Assembly: GCA_964388035.1 (NCBI GenBank)
Contig: CAYLZE010000089.1
Location: forward strand, 1,603-21,421
From: an uncultured archaeon
Lineage (GTDB): Archaea > Asgardarchaeota > Lokiarchaeia > Sigyniarchaeales > SOKP01
Direction of reading: 5' to 3'
Length of the DNA: 19,819 bases
Shown: positions 9,632-17,317 of the stretch, piece after piece
How positions within the stretch are numbered: position 1 is the stretch's first letter
How the letters are laid out: each line of letters opens with the position of its first letter
Position numbers and translations under genes: made by a program
Notes under the pieces: model-generated
Told to the model about the DNA's origin: nothing
Databases searched by the model: none
What the model saw: the letters and a program-made list of their open reading frames with translations, nothing else

Positions 9632-10732
9632 CTATTTATATTCTCGTTTATATGCCCGTTTTACAAAATCAGCTAACTTTTTAGCATCTCTATTTTTTTC
9701 AAAATGATCTCTAATAGGATCAAGGAGTTGATTAATAACGTTGATTACCGCTGGTTTCAAATCCGGTGGATTTAAGTTCCCTTTATTATAATCATCTTCT
9801 AATTTCAGATAAGAGTCATATTCAACGTTCCCACCGTACTTATCTGGCCTTTCAATAAAGAACGTATCATTGGTTTCAAAGACAAGATATCTGCAATATT
9901 CTAAAACGGGATTTTCATTACTCTGTTGAGGAGGACAGTAAGCCTTATTAATTTTACGTTTAACTTCTGCGGGAGAATCCAACATGAAGATGGCAGAATC
10001 AGGATCTGATTTTGACATTTTCAATTGAATGGTCCTCTCTATGCCTGATAAATTTGAGTCGGGAGGCTTATTCAATCCCATTAACATGTGATGATGAATT
10101 GCTATTGGTTTGGGGCGATCTAATTTATTTGCAACCTCTCTGGCTAGCATGTTAACTTTTCTTTGATCCAATCCTAATTGACAAATATCGGCAGGAAGAT
10201 AAAATATATCTGCAGTTTGCATGAGAGGATAGAGGATTTGTGAAGCCGTCAATGCTTCTGTTTCACTTCGTCCCATAATTTGGGTACATCGAATGACCCT
10301 ATTTAAAGAAGTATTAATAGCAATATTTAGCACTAATTCCCAATACTTTGGATCTTTTACTAATTCTGAAGCATAAACAAATTCAACCTTACTTAAGTCC
10401 ATACCGCATGCCTTCCATACTTCTATGAAGAAATCGCCAACCTTTTTAATTGTTTGTAGATCTCCACCAAATTTATGATTTGCTGCGGCATGCCAATCTG
10501 CCACGAGAAATTTAAAGCGAATTCCTGCTTTAATTAATTTATTCACGTTTACGGCTCTTAAAATACCTTGGGCAATATGTATATTTCCTGAAGGTTCAAA
10601 ACCATCATAAGCAAAAATGGGCTTATCATTTTCTTCTTTCCATTTTAGCATTTCTGCTAATTCATCAACTTCTATAATTTCTTCGCCAACTTCTTTCAGC
10701 AACGAAATTTTTTCTTCGATTGTAAGAGTCAT
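9632..10732 (-). CDS. tyrS: Tyrosine--tRNA ligase (archaeal/eukaryotic type)
   Basis: YDGFEPSG, HIAQ (HIGH-like), YPLMQTAD, GLDQRK, KMSKS, KAYCP. Confidence 0.96.
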   Translation of the reverse strand: MTLTIEEKISLLKEVGEEIIEVDELAEMLKWKEENDKPIFAYDGFEPSGNIHIAQGILRAVNVNKLIKAGIRFKFLVADWHAAANHKFGGDLQTIKKVGDFFIEVWKACGMDLSKVEFVYASELVKDPKYWELVLNIAINTSLNRVIRCTQIMGRSETEALTASQILYPLMQTADIFYLPADICQLGLDQRKVNMLAREVANKLDRPKPIAIHHHMLMGLNKPPDSNLSGIERTIQLKMSKSDPDSAIFMLDSPAEVKRKINKAYCPPQQSNENPVLEYCRYLVFETNDTFFIERPDKYGGNVEYDSYLKLEDDYNKGNLNPPDLKPAVINVINQLLDPIRDHFEKNRDAKKLADFVKRAYKREYK

Positions 10733-10857
10733 ATTTCATATCACGCTAAAAATTAATAAGTATTAAAACGAGATAAGAGAAATATTTTTCCTTATTAATA
10801 GGAGTTCTCTTGGATTTTGAATATAATAGGATTATAGATTTTTAAAAAAGAGTGGAA

Positions 10858-13560
10858 TTAAGCATCGGGTTCAATAGGCTTTTTATTCTCTCCTGAAATA
10901 GCTGCTTGAGCAGCCGCTAATCTAGCTACAGGTATTCTAAAAGGAGAACAAGATACATAATCTAATCCAATTTCATGAGCAAAAGTGATTGATGCCGGAT
11001 CACCACCATGCTCTCCACAAATTCCACATTTCAGATCAGCTCTCGTTTTTCTCCCTTGTTCGATAGCAATCTTCATGAGTTTTCCTACTCCTTTCTGGTC
11101 AAGGGTCTCAAAAGGATTTTCTTCCAAAATATCTTTACTTAAATAAACCGGCAAGAACTTCCCTTCTGCGTCATCTCTACTGAATCCAAATGTCATTTGA
11201 GTTAAATCATTCGTTCCGAATGAGAAGAACTGAGCTTCAGTCGCAATTTCATCAGCAGTAAGAGCGGCTCTCGGAATTTCAATCATTGTACCAAATTTAT
11301 AGGTTAGATTTACACCATAACTTGTAATTATTTCTTCTGCGACTTTTACCAATTCTTGCTTCACTAACTTTAATTCCGAGATCATTCCAATCAAGGGAAT
11401 CATTACTTCAGGATTCACATCGATGCCCTCCTTTTTCAATTCGCAAGCAGCTTGGAAGATTGCTTTTACCTGCATTTCATTAATTTCAGGCCAAACAATA
11501 CCTAGACGGCATCCTCTAAGGCCCATCATGGGGTTATCTTCGGATAACGACCGGATAAGGGAAATCACCTTGCTTTTTTTCTTAATCTCAGCATCTAATG
11601 GAGAGATTTTTAAAAGAGATTTGGATAATTCATTGGTCAGTTTTAATTCTTGATATTCTAATTGAACTTGAGTTAATTCAGGAAGAAACTCATGAAGTGG
11701 TGGATCTAATAACCTGATAGTGACAGGTTTTCCATTCATGGTCTTGAAAATTTCATAAAAATCACCCTTTTGCATGGGTAAAATTTTATCAAGAGCCTCC
11801 TTACGTTCTTCTTTTGTTCGAGCAATAATCATATCTTGAACAACAGGTAATCGTTCTTGGGCCATGAACATGTGTTCCGTGCGGCATAATCCTATTCCTT
11901 CAGCCCCAAATTCTAAAGCTTTTTGTGCATCAACGGGAGTATCCGCATTAGCTCGAACACCGAGTTTTCTGATCTTATCTGCAATCAGCAGTAGTTCTAA
12001 AAATTCACCTTTAATTTCGGGCTCAACTAAAGGAACTTTTCCTTCAATCACTTGCCCCGATGTTCCATCAATTGTTACATAATCTCCCTCGCGAACAACC
12101 ATTTCTCCAACCCGGAACAGTTTGTTCTCGAGATCAACCTCTATATCCTGAGCACCCACTACTGCAGGTTTTCCCATTCCTCTAGCAACAACAGCAGCAT
12201 GAGAGGTTTTTCCTCCAAATTGGGTTAATACACCCACTGAAGCGTATAATCCATGAATATCTTCAGGTTTTGTTTGAGGTCTTATTAAAATTATGTCTTG
12301 TTTATTTTGATTTGCCATTTGTTCAGCTCTGTCTGCATCAAACACTGCGATACCAGAAACTGCTCCTGGAGAGGCATTAATTCCTCGAGCAAGAACGTGT
12401 ACAATTAAATTCTCGTCAATACTTTTAAATAACAATTTCGAAAGTTTTTTAGCTTCTATACTTTGTATTGCCTCTTCTTCGGTTATAAGCCCTTCCTTTA
12501 CCATATCTACCGCAATTTTTACTGCGGCTGAAGGAGTTCGCTTACCATTACGAGTTTGTAAAATAAATAATCTTCCATCCTCAATTGTAAATTCAATATC
12601 TTGCATGTCTCTATAGTGGCTCTCTAAATTCTCCATGGTATGGATTAACTCATCATAGATAGGGGGAAATTCTTCCTTCATATCTTCCAACTTTTTTGGT
12701 GTTCGAATTCCCGCTACAACATCTTCTCCTTGCGCATTTCGAAGATACTCTCCGAATCTCACCTTTTCCCCCGTAGAAGGATCTCTAGAAAAGGCGACAC
12801 CCGTGGCAGAATTCCAACCTTTATTCCCAAATACCATGGCTTGAATATTCACAGCAGTACCAAAATTCGGTATATTGTTCATTTTTCTATAAGTTATCGC
12901 TCTACGATTATTCCATGATTTAAATACGGCTTCAATGGCAAGAAAAAGTTGTATAAAAGGATCTTGGGGAAAGGATACTCCAATCTCTTTTTCATATAAG
13001 GCTTTATAATCTGCAATAATTTTTTGAAGATCCCCTACATCTAAGTCCGTGTCTTGGGCATCTTTTCCTTTTTCTATCTTATATTTATTAAGAATTCGCT
13101 CAAATTTTTCATCGTCTATTCCCATGACAACATCGCCAAACATTTGAATAAATCTTCTATAGGAATCATAAGCAAATCTCGAATTATCCGTCTGCTTCGC
13201 CAAGCCCACAACACTTTTATCATTTAATCCTAAATTAAGCACGGTATCCATCATTCCTGGCATCGACATGGGAGCACCACTCCGTACACTCACCAACAAC
13301 GGATTCTGTAAATCACCGAACTTTTTTTTTGTAATTCCTTCCAGCCTTTTTAAACGATCCAAAACGATAGGTCGTATCTCTGCCATCAAATTTTCTGGAT
13401 CTTTAAAATAGGTCAAGCATGCTTCCGTCGTAATTATAAAGCCCTGAGGAATATTAAGATTCAACTTGGTCATTTCCGCTAAATTTGCACCCTTTCCACC
13501 GAGAAGATTTTTTAATTCTTTTCCTCCCTCATCAAAATTATAAACTAGTTTCTTAGCCAT
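10858..13560 (-). CDS. ppdK: Pyruvate, phosphate dikinase
   Basis: LLGGKGANLAEM, SVRSGA..SMPGMMDT, phospho-His motif GGKTSHAAVVARG, GLCRTEHMF, FSFGTNDLTQ, CGEHGGDP. Confidence 0.97.
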   Translation of the reverse strand: MAKKLVYNFDEGGKELKNLLGGKGANLAEMTKLNLNIPQGFIITTEACLTYFKDPENLMAEIRPIVLDRLKRLEGITKKKFGDLQNPLLVSVRSGAPMSMPGMMDTVLNLGLNDKSVVGLAKQTDNSRFAYDSYRRFIQMFGDVVMGIDDEKFERILNKYKIEKGKDAQDTDLDVGDLQKIIADYKALYEKEIGVSFPQDPFIQLFLAIEAVFKSWNNRRAITYRKMNNIPNFGTAVNIQAMVFGNKGWNSATGVAFSRDPSTGEKVRFGEYLRNAQGEDVVAGIRTPKKLEDMKEEFPPIYDELIHTMENLESHYRDMQDIEFTIEDGRLFILQTRNGKRTPSAAVKIAVDMVKEGLITEEEAIQSIEAKKLSKLLFKSIDENLIVHVLARGINASPGAVSGIAVFDADRAEQMANQNKQDIILIRPQTKPEDIHGLYASVGVLTQFGGKTSHAAVVARGMGKPAVVGAQDIEVDLENKLFRVGEMVVREGDYVTIDGTSGQVIEGKVPLVEPEIKGEFLELLLIADKIRKLGVRANADTPVDAQKALEFGAEGIGLCRTEHMFMAQERLPVVQDMIIARTKEERKEALDKILPMQKGDFYEIFKTMNGKPVTIRLLDPPLHEFLPELTQVQLEYQELKLTNELSKSLLKISPLDAEIKKKSKVISLIRSLSEDNPMMGLRGCRLGIVWPEINEMQVKAIFQAACELKKEGIDVNPEVMIPLIGMISELKLVKQELVKVAEEIITSYGVNLTYKFGTMIEIPRAALTADEIATEAQFFSFGTNDLTQMTFGFSRDDAEGKFLPVYLSKDILEENPFETLDQKGVGKLMKIAIEQGRKTRADLKCGICGEHGGDPASITFAHEIGLDYVSCSPFRIPVARLAAAQAAISGENKKPIEPDA

Positions 13561-13726
13561 TTTTATTATACCAGCTTCGCAATATTATATGATTATTAAA
13601 AATATAACGATTCTTTCAGTTTTTATATTTCACGTAAATAAAAAATAATCTTGTTAAAAATAGTAATTACGTAAGGAAAAAAAATTTTTGTATGGTACTT
13701 TATTAGACATCAAATTCCATGGTTTT

Positions 13727-14530
13727 TTATAAATCAAAAATAGAAATCAATTCCCAAATTCCCTTTATCACGTGATCCGGTTTATATTCACTTTTTTTGA
13801 TTGATTCCACCGTGCTTTCTCCAGATAACACGCAACAAGTAGTTACTCCCGCTTCAATGCCCATGCGTATATCTGTATACAATCGATCCCCAATCATTAT
13901 TGCATCTTTAGGAGATATGTTCAAATTATTTAGCTTATACAATAGCATTTCTTTATTAGGTTTTCCCATTACTTTAGGGGTTCTTTCCGTAGTTTTGAAT
14001 AATAGTGAAGCGACTGCTCCGGCATCGGGAATATACCCATTTAAAGTAGGACAACGATTGTCCAAGTGAGTTGCAATATAAGGAATATCTTCTTGGAGGA
14101 AATGTGATGCTTTAACTAGCTTTTTATACGTTAATTCTTGATCAAATGCTAATACTAAAATTTCCGGATGATCCTCATCTAATTGAAATCCATTTTCTTT
14201 AAATTCCACTTTTAAGGAAGAATTACCTAATAAAAAGATCCGTGTATAATTGTTCTTTTTTAAATAATCCAGAGTAGGATGTTGAGATAATATTATATTA
14301 TCTTTTGTTATATTCAAATTTAGAGCTTCCAACTTCTTTAAATATTGGGATGTTGATAAGCTCGAATTATTAGAAAGAAAAAAGAAGTTCTTATCATTTT
14401 TTTTAAGCTGGGCTAAAAATTCATGTACCCCCTTAAACAATTTATTCTCTAAATAGATTGTTCCATCCAAATCAAGAAAAAAAACTTTTTTTTTAGAGAT
14501 ATTAAAGAATTGTTCCTTTTGCAGTATCAT
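13727..14530 (-). CDS. HAD-IIA family hydrolase (NagD-like phosphatase)
   Basis: DLDGT motif I, LSNNS motif II, GKP, IGDRLYTDI motif IV. Confidence 0.92.
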   Translation of the reverse strand: MILQKEQFFNISKKKVFFLDLDGTIYLENKLFKGVHEFLAQLKKNDKNFFFLSNNSSLSTSQYLKKLEALNLNITKDNIILSQHPTLDYLKKNNYTRIFLLGNSSLKVEFKENGFQLDEDHPEILVLAFDQELTYKKLVKASHFLQEDIPYIATHLDNRCPTLNGYIPDAGAVASLLFKTTERTPKVMGKPNKEMLLYKLNNLNISPKDAIMIGDRLYTDIRMGIEAGVTTCCVLSGESTVESIKKSEYKPDHVIKGIWELISIFDL

Positions 14531-14795
14531 CTTACCTTGCTTAGCAAATAGTTAAGAAAAAAAAGAATTTAAATTAAATAAGGTTTCATATCCCATAATA
14601 CTAATTTAAGTATGGATTTTAAAAAAATCTGTTTTGAGTATCTCATAGTGATGTTAGCAGTTTTTTGCTTTTTCTCCAATGAAGGACTGATAGAGAATTT
14701 AAATTAACGCCTAGATTAAGTTACCTTTTTATGAATGAATATTATATAAGTTAATTATGTAAATAAATCTACAATTACAAAACAAGGGAACTAAA

Positions 14796-16189
14796 TTGAA
14801 TAAATATGATATTATTATTGTAGACGGGGGACCTGGGGGCTCGATTGCTGGAAAACCGCAGCAGAATTAGGATTAAAGACCATTTTTTTCGAATGAGGGA
14901 GAAAACCCGGTGAAAAAAATTCCCCCGGTTGCGGTTTAGGACCCCGAATGTGGCGTGATTTTACGATTATGAAAGAATTGACATCCGATAAGTGCCCTTC
15001 AATGAGGGCTGGATCAGCTGCTAGGAATTATTTTGTTAATAAAGAAGGTGAAGTTGCAGGTTATATAATGGTAAGACCAATGGAATCTGTATCTTATGAA
15101 CCGGCTAAAAGTTGGATTACAATGAATGTATATAGAAGCGAATTCGATCCATGGATTGCTAATTTTGCCGTTAATGCTGGAGCTGAATTAAAATTATCCA
15201 CATTAGTTGTTGATCTAATCAGAGAAAATGGAATAAAGGTGTAATTGATGAAAAAGGCGTAAAATATGAAGCCCCCTTGTAATTGGAGCAGATGGCGTAC
15301 TTTCAAAGGTTGCTAAGAAAAGTGGATTAAGATCAAAATGGGCACAAGATCAAGTTACCGTTGTCCCACAATATGATTTTCAAGCACCGCCTGAGAAAAT
15401 TGATGACATTATGGGAGATGAGGCCTTGGCAGTATGGTGGTCAGCATTATTTCCTGCGTCTTATCAAGTTTTTTTTCATGATCGATTTCATCAAGGTTTA
15501 ACAAATTGTTAAATAAATGGGATAAAAATCCATTATTTTATCTTAATCATGTCATCAATTTAAAATATTATCAACGCCTTTTAAAAATTTTAGAAGCTAA
15601 ACCGACAGAATTGCAATCGCATCTTCTCCCTTGGTTACAATATCCTTATAATACACATGGACAGGGTGTTATTTTAATTGGAGATGCTGGAGGTTTTCCC
15701 TGTTCTCTTGAAGCAGAAGGCATTTATCCGGCCATGATAACAGGAAAGATAGCCGCAGAGGTGGCAGCAAATGCTATAACTGCAGAGGATGTATCTAAAA
15801 ATGCATTATCAAAATATGACGAAATGTGGAAAAAAACAAGTATAGGAGAAAAATTTGAAGCAGGAGAAGAACTATATAATATTTGGAAGGCACTTCCATT
15901 TAGCCCGCAAGAAACGATGAGCTGGTTTGTACCAATGTTCATGGAAGCCATGGGGGGTATTTATGATTGGTCAGAACCTCATGCGAAACGAGTTCGGCAA
16001 ATAGTTGCTCATATAAAATCTTACATGCCACGAGCAATTCCGTTTATTATGAAATATGTATTTCCTTTATTTGCAAAGATTTTTGAAGAAGATCTTGATA
16101 AAATGATGAATCCTTCAAAATTAATGGCTGTTCTTCCAAAGTTGATTGAATTGATTCCAAAAAGTAAAAAACGAAGCTTTAAGCATTAA
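14796..16189 (+). pseudogene. Disrupted FAD-dependent oxidoreductase, FixC/geranylgeranyl reductase family
   Basis: Reconstructed across frames: TTG start MNKYDIIIV(D)GGPGGSIAGK, then AAELGLKTIFFE*GRKPGEKN, ...ENGI, GVIDEKGVKYEA, LVIGADGVLSKVA, ...IGDAGG..LEAEGI. Four single-nt deletions (about 14855, 15236, 15274, 15508), TGA at 14894, and Asp in place of the first Gly of GxGxxG. 1394+4 nt = 466 codons. Confidence 0.85.
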
Positions 16190-16461
16190 AAATAAGAATT
16201 AATTTAGAAGGTTTAACGAAACACATTCCTGGAACAGGAAACTTCATTACCATGGCCCCTTAAAAATGTAATGGATATGGTTTATGTGTAAAAGTATGCA
16301 TCGTAAATTTATAGGGTATTCAAGAAGGTATTGCATTTATAAAGGAAGATTATAAAGAAAAATGTTTAGAATGTGGAAGTTGCGGTCAAGTTTGTGATTC
16401 GGGAGCAATAGAATTTAGATATCCTAGTGGTGGAACTGGAATAGTATATGAGAAGGGCTAA
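16186..16461 (+). pseudogene. Disrupted FixX-like 4Fe-4S dicluster ferredoxin
   Basis: One frame reads KIRINLEGLTKHIPGTGNFITMAP*KCNGYGLCVKVCIVNL*GIQ...KCLECGSCGQVCDSGAIEFRYPSGGTGIVYEKG*. Stops at 16261 and 16312, Tyr in place of a cluster Cys at 16276, no usable start (TTA at 16186). Confidence 0.85.
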
Positions 16462-16592
16462 CCTTAAGAATCTAAAAGAATAAAGTATTTATCCAATTTT
16501 CTTATTTTTTTAATGATTTAAAAAAAAGATCTCAAATAATAAAAAATAAAAAGATTATAAAAAGAACTAGTAAAATCGAAATAACATTTTTT

Positions 16593-17079
16593 TTAATAAT
16601 ATTCCGTTTCTACCATGGTGGTGCTGTTAACAAGCTCTTGCGCAGCCCTCGTTGCTCTCATTACCTTGGCCATGTTTCCTACAAGCTTAAACTTGCCTGC
16701 CATTAAGCCTTGAATCGGATCAAGCTCCTTTCTTAACACCTTTATCCAGTTATCATAAGTACCAGAAAATACAAATTCAGCACCCACTTTTTGACCCTCC
16801 TTTAATGGCCTAGGGGGTGTATTTGGAGGAAGAGCATCATATCCTTCATTATCAGCTAATGCCTTAGCACCCGTGCATTTGCCGTGCAAAAGTCCCACAA
16901 ACATCATTAATTTCTTTTTCAAATTGCCGCTTGGTTCGATTACGAAAACGAAATCGCCTTAGGGAAACTGGTATTAACCCAATTTATTCCCACCATGAAG
17001 CGGCATCGGCATAATTCTTATTATTATTTATAGCCTTGCAAAATTCCTTGGCCCATTCATTACTCGCAAATTTTGCCAC
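16593..17079 (-). CDS. SCP2 sterol/lipid-binding domain protein, split by a 28-nt putative intron (exon 1 17079-16987, exon 2 16958-16593; 152 aa joined)
   Basis: GTG start at 17079 after purine-rich AGAGGGA gives MAKFASNEWAKEFCKAINNNKNYADAASWWE; exon 2 reads GDFVFVIEPSGNL...GLLHGKC...YDNWIKVLRKELDPIQGLMAGKFKLVGNMAKVMR. The joined 'W-E-G-D-F-x-F' is typical of this SCP2 family. Confidence 0.85.
16959..16986 (-). other. Putative 28-nt mRNA intron (relaxed BHB type) in SCP2 gene: TAAATTGGGTTAATACCAGTTTCCCTAA
   Basis: Starts with in-frame TAA, length 3n+1, 7-bp stem AAATTGG/CCAGTTT, intron CCC pairs with exon GGG, removal gives WWE|GDF. Confidence 0.75.
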
Positions 17080-17190
17080 GTTCCATCCCTCTTATTAATT
17101 TTTTTTTTCAATTCTTTATATACTTAGTCAAAATATATTTTTTAATTCATTTCATTAAATTTAAAGTTTATTCTTCAGCAGATCTTTAAA

Positions 17191-17228
17191 TAATTCCAAT
17201 TTGGAAGAAAGGCTCAAAATTGGAATTA
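17191..17228. repeat. Perfect 12-bp inverted repeat TAATTCCAATTT-N14-AAATTGGAATTA between DUF1512 and SCP2 genes
   Basis: Arms at 17191-17202 and 17217-17228 are exact reverse complements. Function unknown. Confidence 0.7.
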
Positions 17229-17317
17229 CTTTTCATATAATTTAATGTGTCCTCTCCTATATAATTACTCTTCTAAAGAGGTTAAGAACTAACAAAAAAG
17301 TAAAAGTAAAAAATAAA

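Noticed and set aside
16255-16263. CCCCTTAA with in-frame TAA in the ferredoxin as a possible third intron end
   Set aside because: No upstream AAATTGG stem, and the frame is continuous across it; better explained as a GAA>TAA nonsense mutation.
14894-16314. Selenocysteine or pyrrolysine readthrough of in-frame TGA (14894) and TAG (16312)
   Set aside because: They fall at probable Arg and Trp positions and co-occur with frameshifts and a TAA, which indicates decay rather than recoding.
17060-17086. Out-of-frame ATG mini-ORF (MERGKICE*) overlapping the SCP2 GTG start
   Set aside because: Only 8 codons with no supporting evidence; the ATG lies within the purine-rich tract that better serves the GTG start.
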